Shown: piece by piece, positions 45,595-64,000 of the stretch
Layout of the letters: every line of letters begins with the position of its first letter
Numbering within the stretch: the stretch's first letter is position 1
NCBI GenBank assembly: GCA_033442325.1
Contig: JAWQFM010000004.1
Coordinates: 2,454,199-2,518,198 of the forward strand
From: Salpingoeca rosetta
Lineage: Eukaryota > Protista > Choanoflagellata
DNA: 64,000 bases
Direction of reading: 5' to 3'
Program-made: the position numbers and the translations under genes
The notes under the pieces: generated by a model
Told to the model about the DNA's origin: nothing
Seen by the model: only the letters and a program-made list of their open reading frames with translations
Databases searched by the model: none

Positions 45595-46116
45595 CTATCC
45601 ATCCTCCTCCTCCTCCTCCTCCATCTTCATCTTCACCGTCTCCCTCAACTCCCCATCATCAAGCCACGATTGGAGCTGCTCCAAAGAGTCAAAGTTGATG
45701 CGCACATATCGTTGAAAGTCGGCTCGAAGCGGATGTTTCAAGTTGTGGCGTGCCTCGCCTTGGCGTAGTTTGATGATAAAGGGGCATGTGCTCTCCCACG
45801 TGAACCCGAGCCAGGAATACACCAGAAAGCGGTTCAGCAGCCACTGCGAAGCAGCAGCAGCAGCAGCAGCATCAGCGTCGGCGCCGTCCTGTTGAAATGT
45901 ATCGAGCCAGTGTGGAACAAACCTGCACAGGAACCCACGCGCCGCCCGCCACTTTGGCATGGCCCACGGGAGGTTGTGGTACAGCGAGCGGCACGTCAGC
46001 ATGAGGTTGAGGACGTCGCGCAGTTGATCCCGCTTCTCTGGCGAAACCCCAATTGTCCAGGCACCACCGTTCAGCAAGTGATCCGCCACTAGCGCCCACT
46101 CTACGGCACCCAGCAT
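45595..46116 (-). CDS. Hypothetical protein with an F-box-like N-terminal segment
   Basis: Non-repetitive ORF from ATG 46116: WALVADHLL...RDVLNLMLTCRSLY resembles the F-box DLxxLxxxCRxL pattern. 3' end abuts a gap. Confidence 0.45.
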   Translation of the reverse strand: MLGAVEWALVADHLLNGGAWTIGVSPEKRDQLRDVLNLMLTCRSLYHNLPWAMPKWRAARGFLCRFVPHWLDTFQQDGADADAAAAAAASQWLLNRFLVYSWLGFTWESTCPFIIKLRQGEARHNLKHPLRADFQRYVRINFDSLEQLQSWLDDGELRETVKMKMEEEEEEDG

Positions 46117-46133
46117 AATGTGCTTTTGTGTGT

Positions 46134-46178
<45 letters not shown>

Positions 46179-46271
46179 TGAGTGTGTGCGTATGTGTGTG
46201 TGTGTGTGTGAGTGAGTGAGTGAGTGAGTGAGTGAGTGAGTGAGTGAGTGAGTGAGTGAGTGAGTGAGTGA

Positions 46272-46312
<41 letters not shown>

Positions 46313-46358
46313 TGTGTGTGTGCGTGTGTGTGTGAGTGAGTGAGTGAGTGAGTGTGTT

Positions 46359-46434
<76 letters not shown>

Positions 46435-46487
46435 TTGTGCGCGCTTGCTCTTCTGTTGTTTGTGTTTGCAGTGGTTGCCGAACATTT

Positions 46488-46970
46488 ATGGATATATTTG
46501 CCAATTCTCTACAAGCAGCACACACGATGACGATGAGTGAGGTGAAGAACACCGCGCTGGGCGTGGTGTGTGGGCTGGTTTCTGGTGCGACGGTGATTGC
46601 TGGGCTGGAGCACGTCGGGCACACCATCTTCGGCACGCCCAAGGGCTTGCACAAGGACACGCCGTATGAGGAGGCAAAGGAGATCATTCGCGCGCACGTG
46701 CGGGAGGCGTCGCCGCTGTCGCTGCTGTGGGTCATTGGCGCACACGGGTGCGGCTCCTTCGTTGGCGGCTACGTCGCTTACAAGTTCTCTAGCTCGGCCA
46801 TCATCGGGCGCAGCGCGGGCGTGGTTGGCAGCATGTTCCTCGCCGGCGGCATTGCAAACATCGCCGCCATCCCACACCCGTGGTGGTGGTCTGTGTGCGA
46901 CGTCCTCGTCTACTTTCCCACAGCGTACGCCGGCGCCACCATTGTAACCAAACAAACGCCTCTCTTGTGA
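46488..46970 (+). CDS. Small intronless multi-pass membrane protein, bacterial-like uncharacterised family (start may be 46527/46533)
   Basis: About 4 hydrophobic segments; AHGCGSFVGGYVA...FLAGGIANIAAIPHPWWWSVCDVLVYFPTAYAG. Confidence 0.75.
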   Translation: MDIFANSLQAAHTMTMSEVKNTALGVVCGLVSGATVIAGLEHVGHTIFGTPKGLHKDTPYEEAKEIIRAHVREASPLSLLWVIGAHGCGSFVGGYVAYKFSSSAIIGRSAGVVGSMFLAGGIANIAAIPHPWWWSVCDVLVYFPTAYAGATIVTKQTPLL

Positions 46971-47519
46971 GTGGGTGGGGAGGAAGGGGGGGGGGGTTTG
47001 TGTATGAGTGAGTGAGTGAGTGAGTGTGAGTGAGTGATTGAGTATGAGTGCGTGTGAGTGAGCGAGTGTGTGTGTATGAGTGAGTAAAACCGCGTACATG
47101 TGTATGTGTGTGCATACGTGCATACATGAGTGACTGCGCAGCTGTAGGCAGGCTTTTGCCCCCGCCTGTGTGCGAGTCTGTCACACCATGCTGCACGACA
47201 GTGTCGTTTGCCATCTGCCATAGGTTGCTTTTGTTTTGTGCAATATGCACTGCGTGTCTGTGTGACTTGCCGAGGTTTGCTGGTAGTCTTTCTTCCTTTA
47301 ACTGTTGACCGAAGAGATCCGCAATAAACAGCACATATTGGACAGACACATAGTCATGCAACAGCAGCAGCAGTGAACAGGGAGCAACACCACCATGCTC
47401 GTCGGTGTGCGTTAGCAGTGGTACCACCACCAATCACCGCTGTCACCACCACCACCACCACCACCACCACCAATCATCACTGTCACTGCCACCACTGTCA
47501 CCTTCTCCACATCCACATG

Positions 47520-54943
<7,424 letters not shown>

Positions 54944-55116
54944 CACCACCACACGCGAGCCACAACAGCCGTGTGTGCGTGTCAAACAACACACACACAC
55001 ACACACACACACACTGCAAGCAAGGAAACACGACTTCTGCTGCTTCTCGCGCTCTGTCACCCAAATGGCCATTGGTGGACATTTTTCGTAGCTTTTCTAC
55101 AAGCACGTTGACGAAT

Positions 55117-55753
55117 ATGGGACGGCGCAAAGGCAAAGGCGGCGGTGGTGGCAAGGGGAAGGCGAAGAAGGGCGGTGCACGTGGTGGTGGTGGTGGTGGT
55201 GGTAGTAACAGCAAACGCAGCGGCATTGGTGGCGGTTCCTTCAAACTCAAGGCGGGAGGTGCTGGCAAGCGTGGCAAGAGGGTACGTGCATGCATACGTG
55301 TGTGAGTGTGTAGTGTGTGCATGTGTATGTGTGTGTGCGTGTGTGTGCACGTGAGGAAGCCTTGTCATGCATGTGTCCTTACGTGAACGTCGTTGTGAAC
55401 CCACGTTTGTTTCCACAAATACACACACGTGAACGTCGTTGTGAACCCACGTTTGTTTCCACCAACACGCTCACACACACACACACACATACACACACTC
55501 ACAAACACACACCCACACACTCACTCACGCATATACGCATACATGCACACGTTAGGTGAAGGAAATGTCGTTGAACCTGGCAAGTGCCGTTGATTCGTCG
55601 TTGGTCAAGTTGGAGAAGAAGAAGGTCGTGCAGAAGGTGGAGAAGACCAAGCAGCAGGAAGCAGAGAAGCAACAGGCACAGGCGAAACTACAGGACGCCG
55701 TACAGACCCAGCAGAACATGGACGACATGCTCAACACGCTCACCTCCTTCTGA
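55117..55753 (+). CDS. Small basic Gly/Lys-rich protein with coiled coil (exons 55117-55281, 55556-55753); weak resemblance to ribosome biogenesis factor RBIS/C8orf59
   Basis: ATG 55117 and in-phase GT-AG junction (…KRGKR|VKEMSLNL…), ending QNMDDMLNTLTSF*. Confidence 0.7.
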
Positions 55754-56165
55754 GCAGCGTGTTTCGCACGCGACTTGTCGCGCGCTCTCTCTCTCTCTCC
55801 CTCTCTGTGTCGGTTTGAGAATGTGACGTGCTATTGCTGCTTTTGCTCTTTTCTCTTTCTTATTTCTTGTCTTCCCTTTTCCTTCCTACTAGGTCACCTG
55901 TTTTGCCGCATACACCACCTTTCCCGACACCTTCTGTTTCATTTTCGCTTTGGTTCTGGTTACAATTACACGAAACCGATGTGCTGTGCACGTGTGTATG
56001 CTCGCATAGTGGCGTGAAATCAACGGCCCGGGGGGGGAGGAGAGGTTGCAATGAGAATGAAGCGCACGGAGCACACACATACACATACGCGAGCAAGCGG
56101 AGCACACGGAGCACACACACATATGCGAGTAAGCGGAGCACACAACACACACACACACACACACA

Positions 56166-56196
<31 letters not shown>

Positions 56197-56435
56197 ACAA
56201 CCCATCCACCAAACAACCAAATCAGCACACGAGTGTCAAAACCGCGAGTTGGGGGGGGGGGGAGTAACGTAACGAGGTGACACGCCACGTGTCTGAAGTT
56301 GTGGGATGCATCACATCATGCAACGCTCTCCGTCGTGCTGAGCAGATATGAGTACTCTGCATTTTGGCGCCTGCAGTGCATGCGTGTATGCGTATGTGTG
56401 GATGGATGGACAAGGGAATACACCAAGCGAGTGAG

Positions 56436-57323
56436 TCATGACTCTTGGGTGTGGGGCTTGGTGACTCGGTGTACGTGTGCAAGAAGACAACGAGATGGAA
56501 ACAGCTCTGCGTGTGCATGAACAAGACAAGACATGCACTCCACCCCTCCATCCGCCATGGTGCAGGGTACGTACTCTTGGATGCCGCAGCACTTGCGCTT
56601 GAGGTACGTCAGCCCAAACGCAATGTAGAAGAACACAACGTGCAGCGCAAACATGCCCGCATACCTGCAGCGATTGTGTGATGTGTGTGTGTGATATTGT
56701 GTGTGTATTATTGTATGTGTGTGTGCGTGTGATTGTGTGTGTGTGTGATATTGTGTGTGTATTATTGTATGTGTGTGTGAATAGTCATTGGAGTATACAT
56801 GAAAACACGGAAATGCAGTCATGGTTGCACGACAAACCCTCCACATCACACATTCCCTGTTGACGGCCAACACTCTGTGCGCGTACCATGCGGGCGCAAT
56901 CTTCTTGGAGGTGTCGAGGAAGAAGTACACGGGATCATCGCCCGTCGACGCAACATACGCCTGCACACGTGCATGGATGTAGGCATGTAGGCATGTGTGT
57001 GAGATGCAGGTGAAACCATGTTGTTTCTCACATTGTGACACACACACACACACATGCATACGCAATTCACACACACCACACACACGCCACCGAGCGCCTC
57101 ACCCATTCGAAGACGCCATAAGCGATGAGCCAGTAGACGATGAACGTCGCGTGTGCGTGCACGAACACCATGCGGTTCAGCCCCAACTCCACCAGCATCA
57201 GCACCAGGTTGATGCCGTGCACTGACCAGCGTTGGGAAGACGACAGGGGAGAGAAGGGGAGGGTGAGCGAAGGAACAGACGGGCATGGAGTGTCGACGAG
57301 ATGTGAAAAGCATGCGAATGTGC

Positions 57324-57384
<61 letters not shown>

Positions 57385-57570
57385 CGCACCGACGATGCTG
57401 AAGAAGTTGATAAACTGCTCGCAGCAGCTCTCGTCGGACTTGTTCTTGGCCGTGGGATACAGCACCGTCCACAGAACCACATCTACGAGAATGGCCATTG
57501 TCATGCACACCTGTGGCAGTCGATGCACGCCCAATTGCGTGAGCGAGGCTGAAGCCACTCACAAACATAG

Positions 57571-57631
<61 letters not shown>

Positions 57632-58327
57632 AGTATTCACACACCAACAACTCGCACATGCATCCCTCAACACACATCCAACATGCACCTGGAAGAGGAC
57701 AAAGGTTGCGCGGTCGAAGAAGGAGACGTGAGCCACCTCGGACAGGAGGTAGCCGCGAAGGGCGGCGCGGATGCTTTGGCTCAACGCAAGGAAGAAGAAC
57801 ACGACCAACAACGTAAAGTTCCAAATCTGCAGCGGGTAAGGAGTAGGCGCGCGCATGTGTTAGTCGGTGCACGTGTGCTGCTGGGCATGTGCTGTTGCAA
57901 AGAGAAACGCAAACGCAAACGCAAATGCGAATGGAAATGCTAACACAACACACGCATGCACGCACACACACGCACATACATTCACACACACACAACACGC
58001 ATACAACACACACACACACAACACGCATACAACACACACACACACACAACACGCATACAACACACACACACACACCGTGTAGAACTTGAAGCCCTGGCCC
58101 TCGGGGGTATCAACAAGGATCATGATGAGCACGGTGGCAGCAAACAGGAAGGAGACGAGGCGGGTGAAGAGAAGAATGCCCGGGTGTGGACCCGTGGTGT
58201 GTCCAATGGCATGCTGTGTACAGTGTTCCCAGTGGAACCAGCCCTTGCGAGCGCCCACAAAAGTCACGACAATGTTGCCAATGACAATGGCAGCCATCAG
58301 CACCCACAGCACAGGGTCAATCTCCAT
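56436..58327 (-). CDS. Rolling stone / FAR-17a-AIG1-like multi-pass membrane protein, multi-exon (3' end approximate)
   Basis: FKFYT|IWNFTLL, AILVDVVLWTVLYP, HGINLVLMLVELGLN, PVYFFLD are characteristic motifs. ATG 58327. Confidence 0.8.
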
Positions 58328-58836
58328 CGCGGCAGTGGTGGAACAAGCGAAGCACTGTTGTCCTGTGGTTGTTTGCCTGCTTGGTCGGTGTGGTCGGTTG
58401 GGTTGGCAAAGTGTGCGCGTGGGATGTGTGTCGCCAACAACCGCAACAACGAATGTGTGATGAATCATCGATGACTCATCATGTAGACTGAATTCAGTTC
58501 TTACGCATGTTGTTAGACGTGCATCGAATTCATGCGTGGCAGTNNNNNNNNNNNNNNNNNNNNNNNNNNNNNNNNNNNNNNNNNNNNNNNNNNNNNNNNN
58601 NNNNNNNNNNNNNNNNNNNNNNNNNNNNNNNNNNNNNNNNNNNGTGGCAGATGCATGTCCAGCACTTGCTATTGCTCCGACTAGGAAAGTTCCCGAAGAA
58701 AGAAACCGCGGCCTATCAGTGTTTGTGTTTATTTTTTAGCAAATCACAAGATCCCAGAACCAAGCTGACGCGGCTTTCGAGAAAGATCATTTTTCCCTTT
58801 TCCTGCTTGTTCACTTTGAAGGCCGAACCCATTACG

Positions 58837-61800
58837 ATGAAACAAAGCACGAACACCTTCAGCAGCAAGACAGCGCCGACGTCGATGCCGAAAGTGTGCT
58901 GCATCATTGGTGCTGGGTTTCAAAATGTGTTATCTTTCGGGGGGAAGCACCACAAAGCCGAGCCACACCAGGAGGCAAGCTCACAAAGAGGAAATACAAC
59001 TGTTATGTTTTCGGGCACAGAGACGTACCTGATTGGTCCGTCAGGAAGTGGTAAGACCGCCATACTTCGGGGCGTCGTGCTGGCTCTGGAGGCTATTCTC
59101 AATCCTGAATTGTGTGTGGACGAGACAGAACGCCTGTTGGCCACACGCAACAACAGCTATGGCTACATCATACTTGTGCTGTGCCCACAGTCAGATGCAT
59201 CAAAACACATCAAAGGTAAGAAACCTTCGAGTAATGCTATTGTGGTGACCATACGTCTCCCACCCAGAGGCGAAGCGCCTACGGTCAAGGCAGAAGAGAT
59301 GAGCACGACTGCGAGAAAAATCTTACAGGAATGGAGCAAAAATCCGTCAAAGCAGGCATGCAAATGTGATGTGTCTGAGTCCCTTCGGACGTGGATCAAA
59401 GAGAACGTCCGATATGTGCCACAAGACCTTGGTTTGAGCACAATTTGCATGCAACCAACAGAAACACTCTCCGCGGAAGAAAAGAACCGGTGCCTGCAAG
59501 AAGAACGTATTTTGAAAGACAGAGGGTTCGTTGTTCTCCACGGAGAACGCATTCGGGTCGGCTGGGCCGAGTTGCTAAAACTGCAAAACGGCACCCTGTT
59601 TCGCTTGAAAGGTAACGAAGACTTCAGAAAGTCATGGGAGGAGGTGTGTCAGCTAGCTGAACAGAACATAGGGTCTGAAGCAAAGAAAAGCGAGGCAGTG
59701 CTGCTCAAACAAAAACCAAGCGAAAGCTCATTTGAGTTTCAGCGTATGTCTGGTGGTCATAGAGACGCAGGTGTGGTGTTACTGGCATCGTGTGGGGTGT
59801 TCACCAGCGACAACACAAGACAACCCCCGCCACAAGTCCTATTGTTAGATGAACCAGGCCAAAATGTTGGAGCATTCTTTCGAGGCAAGCTTGCGGATTG
59901 TCTTCGCAGGCGCACTCGCAACAAGAAGGGAGAACAGCAACAACAGCTCATCATTGCAACGCACCACGTCGAACTGCTGAACTCAAACACAGTCCCAATC
60001 GACTGTCTTCAAGTGCGGCATGGTTCGGCTCTACATCGCCGCCAACCTACGCCCGCCACACACATATCAACATTGCCTCGGCCAATAACCGAAATGCTTG
60101 GACCCAAAATCATGACCAAGCTTCGAGACCCTGCGTGCCTCGACATGTACTTTTCTCGAACAGTCGTTTTGTTGGAGGGCAAAACGGCGAAATTCCAGTT
60201 CGCTGTTTGTTGCAACAAGTCGCTGACAACGAGCGTTGCCAAGCAAAAAGCAAGCATTTGGCTGAAGTTGCTCATTTCAAGATTGTATCGATGCAAGGCT
60301 GGTACGGAATCTCCCACATGCGCTTCGTTCTCTCGTGGCTGCATATTCGCTGCTGTTCGTTTCGTGACTTTGATTCTTTGTTTTGCAGTCGGAACCGCTA
60401 CCAACGATTGAGTGGACATTCGTTCTTCTCGCTCAATGGCACTTATCTCTCATTGCACGCCGTCTATTTGATGGTGCTTGATTGTTCGAGGCTCATCAAA
60501 GACCTTGAGTCCAAGAGGCTGGAACATTTTTTTCGCGCGCTGGAGTTTGGCATCCAACCTCCTGAGAACAAACGAGCCATTCACAATTGCCCGAGTGTCG
60601 AAGACTTGAAGCAAGTGAAAACCCTCGCCAAAGTCATCGCCGATCACAAATTGGGAAAGAAGCACACGCCTCAGTTTATTCTCATTCAGTTTGCTGTGTT
60701 GTTTAAGGCAATGGTACATTCCAACAGCGAGTGGAAGAAGTTCAAAGGTTTGGGCGTTGTGCAATACTTCAAGACTGACGAAGTTCAAGCTCACATTGAC
60801 AAGCGATTCAAAGAATTGATGCCTCACGTTGGCGCAGACATCACGCTTCGTCATCAAACTTATGACAAGCTTGGCCAGCACCTTCAACAGGCTGTTGAAG
60901 AACTCCTTACATTACAATTTGAATTCTCAAAAACTCAAGAGAGGAAAGACAAGCTTCGCGAGTTGAGTCGTCGCAAGGATGGTGTAAACGAAGTGAAAAC
61001 ATATCTCGTGAAAAACTTTACGAACGCTCTCAACACAGTCTCAGTCGACGAAATTCAAGTAAAGCTCACAGAACTTGTGCAACAGAGCACACAACTTCCC
61101 CTAACTGACCCGCCTCCATCAACGGACGAACTTTCTGAGATGCTTCTTGTCATGATCTGGAAGACCTACTCGACGCAAAAGCGGAAAACGCTACAGCATC
61201 TACTACGGCGGGAACTGGAACGACTACAGCAAGCACATGGCAAATTGGCTCAAGACACTTGTTTGACGTTAAATGCCGCCAAGGACACTCTGCCGCGCGA
61301 GCAATTAGATGCGCTGCGAAAGAGCACGACGCCTCTGCAACCGTCACACTTGGGCAAACTCAAACCGTCTTTGTCTCGGTTATGCAAAGCCGGTTGGGAA
61401 CATGGCCATTTCGTCTTCCCTCCAGACACTGCTGACATTGAAGGCATTTTCATCAATAAATCCACGAATGATGACGGGAAAGCTCCTGCTCCGCACCCAG
61501 AATGCTTGAGGTCGCCGGATTGTTTACATGGAGATGAGCGTGAGATTTTGCGAAAACTTGGAGAAAACGAACTCCCAAGGGCCCAGGCTATTATTCTGAA
61601 CAGGATGAAAGCCAAAATATCCCATCTCAGCATTGATGTTGTGAAAGGCCAGTGCGAATCTGCCAAGAAGGAAACGAAACTGCTGGCAGACTTCATGAAA
61701 ACCGTAATGAGCACTGACGAAGGTAGCGCCGGTGCGGATGGTGAACATGATACGGGGGGTGGCGAACACCACGACGACGACGACGATGAGCACCACGATG

Positions 61801-63638
61801 AACACCACGATGACGACGACGACGACGACGATGTTGCTTGCATTCCCATGAGCAACCCCTCGCGTAGCCGTTGTTACATGAATGCTGTATTCCAATGCCT
61901 TGTACGCACGACCCCTCTTGCACAGGCGCTGAAGGTGAGCTGTGAATCGTAAGTGAGATTGCACGACAACGAACAAAGAGCGTCAGTCAAGACGTTAAGC
62001 GAGTGCTGATATGCGTTTCTCATCACGACTTATGTCGAAACATGCCGTTTCTACAGGACTCACAGGACGCCAACACAAATCAGGGCGCACTGGCACACCA
62101 AGTTTCAAACTTGATGGGGGACCTTACAGCATACTCAAGCAAAGATGCAATTAACGTCAAAGAGAAACTGTCATTTCGTGTGGTATGTTTGCTGTTGCCT
62201 GGCGCTGCCAAAGTTTGCCGTGTTGTGCTTGTATCAGACGTATGCTGACATCCTGTTTGCTCATATATCACGACAGGGCGACTACACCGAGGACAAACAA
62301 CAAGATGCGGCAGTTAGTTGTTCCGTCCATACACAGACATGGAGTTTGCATGACATGTTCCTTCCTGGCAGTCTCATAACGACCACTCACAGTCGTTGCT
62401 ATTTTAGGAGTTCCTTGGGGATCTTTTGGGGGCACTTTGCATCGCACCACAGGTATCACGTCCACTGAAACACGTGAAGCCAGTTGAGTTTGTCTTCCCT
62501 AAATTGTATGTGTGCAACCTCATCTTTGTATTCTGCTCATGCATCTCATGAACTTGGTGTGGTTGTAGGTCGCCGACGCGGAGCTTTGTTCCAAATGTGG
62601 ACACACCTTGTCGGTATCAAGGTCCCATACTGTTAAACTCTCGGCGAATGATCCACAACATCCGAAGCAACAACTTTCCCTTTTTCAGGCATTACAAATG
62701 CAGATGCTGCCAGCTGACACAGTTACAAGGTCAGCGCACAATGCTTGTCGAACCTAAGTCGTCCACAACTGGTTCCTGTGCAATCTGATTGTCTTCAACC
62801 AATTCACGGTAAGTGAACTCGTTACAGCGACTGCTCAAAGTGTGCGGCTAAGGTTGCGACCACAAGAAAGCCACAGATGCAATCGACAACAACGTGGCTC
62901 CTGTTTCATCTCAACCGGTTTCATTACAAGGATAGACGTTGTCACAGAATCCACAATCAGGTAGTGTTTGGTGTGGCTGTCGTGCCCTCACATCTATTGC
63001 CACTGCCTTTCGTCATCCGGTGCATGTGTTCTTGGGTTTGGGTCGTGGATGATCGTAGCGGATAGCTCACCGCAACATTTGACAGGTGGAAATTCCATTG
63101 ACCCTGGAGCTCACGCAGGAACACATAAAGGTTCATATTGATTGTGACTTGTCTGTTTTTACGTGACAGTCTAATCATGAAGCGCGCTTTGCAATCAACA
63201 TTGTTTTCTTGACGCAAGGAATGTATGGCTGTGTCATGCTCCTCCTGTCGGCTTGATGTCACAGGGACTGTCACACGGTCAGGTTGCCACTTTCTCCCTG
63301 TGTGGCGTCGTCAATCACCATGGAGACAGTCCGACACAGGGGCACTACACGGCTACTGTCCTAACGCACAAGGGGTATGTCGGCAGGTGCACTGTTGTAG
63401 TTGTGATTTGGGTGATGTGGCTGTCTCGTATACATGCTCTGATTCAAGCATCTCTTTGAAGAACTCACCTACTCACCTCCTCAACGTGAAAATGTTGTCT
63501 TGCAGGTGGATGTTGTGTGATGATGAAAAAGTCGAGGCCTGCTCAGAGATAAATGACGCGAGCAGCGCCGACGATCCTGCTCAGCGCTGTATTTGCTCCG
63601 ACAAAGCGTACATTCTTTTCTATGTGCGGAAGAAGTAA
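58837..63638 (+). CDS. OLD-family (GajA-like) ABC ATPase + TOPRIM nuclease fused to a C-terminal USP (peptidase C19) deubiquitinase; 1-nt frameshift at ~60181-60184
   Basis: Walker A GPSGSGKT (59035), signature MSGGH (59746), Walker B LLLDEP (59839), H-loop IIATHH (59950), TOPRIM YFSRTVVLLEG (E at 60175) and RDFD (60366), HFVF...DIEGIF (61434). The same ORF continues into USP Cys box NPSRSRCYMNAVFQCL (Cys 61872). Spliced exons give QQDAA|EFL, two CxxC, HLNRF, VVNHHGDSPTQGHYTA (His 63343), WMLCDD and AYILFYVRKK*. Confidence 0.88.
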
Positions 63639-64000
63639 AGTGCTTGGTTCTTCGGCATGCTTTTGTTTTCCTTCATGTTTGTTGATGCCTTTTGTTTAAT
63701 GGGCTACTACAAATTGCTCATCAATCACACTTCACGCAAGTGTGCTTCCCGCCATTAAACGACCGCGCACGATAATTGTCGCGAATACATGTTCTTGTTT
63801 GAGGTACTGCCGGTGTGGTTGGTGCTCCCCCTCCCTATGTCATGGCAACTGTCTCCGTCCACATGAATCACATCACCGCCACCACAACCTACTTTGAACG
63901 CAGCACCTCCACACCATCACTCCTGTCATCTTCATGACAAGCGCCTCCGCAACATCTGCCAGCCACGCACTGCAAGTACCACCCACGTGCACAGCTGGTG

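Noticed and set aside
55381-55462. ~46 bp tandem duplication (similar ones at ~3130-3220 and ~5290-5385)
   Set aside because: Local intronic slippage duplications with no sign of function.
60170-60285. Programmed -1 frameshift or intron explaining the OLD frame break
   Set aside because: There is no X XXY YYZ slippery heptamer (GGGCAAAAC). The most plausible GT-AG intron (60198-60281) is 84 nt, has a weak donor and would not change frame.
63890-64000. Cys-rich minus-strand stretch (TSCARGWYLQCV) resembling part of a PHD finger
   Set aside because: Cut by the window edge and lacks the expected His ligand.

Overview
Eukaryotic genomic DNA with 9 assembly gaps (N runs) and GT-AG introns full of (CA/GT)n, (CT)n and (TA)n microsatellites. 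The style suggests a choanoflagellate such as Salpingoeca (inference). Left to right: the 5' half of acetyl-CoA carboxylase (-); a NUDCD1 homologue (+); a 5S rRNA gene (-); a ~13.8 kb gene-free spacer with sub-repeats leading into the 5' end of 18S rRNA (an rDNA array edge cut by a gap); a secreted 7-repeat beta-propeller gene plus a decayed copy (-); a PHF12-like PHD-PHD-FHA gene (+); a bacterial-type NnrD fragment; a microsatellite-free island with a SAM-like/NACHT/WD40 NLR-like gene and a divergent orphan; a head-to-head GALNT/GT31 glycosyltransferase pair; an F-box-like ORF; an intronless bacterial-like membrane protein; XPF/ERCC4 with a structured intronic RNA candidate; a small basic protein; and a rolling-stone-like membrane protein. 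The main finding is at 58.8-63.6 kb: an OLD/GajA-type ABC-ATPase + TOPRIM nuclease module, typical of prokaryotic anti-phage defence, fused to an intron-containing USP deubiquitinase domain with intact catalytic residues. All family assignments come from motif recognition by eye, not database searches.
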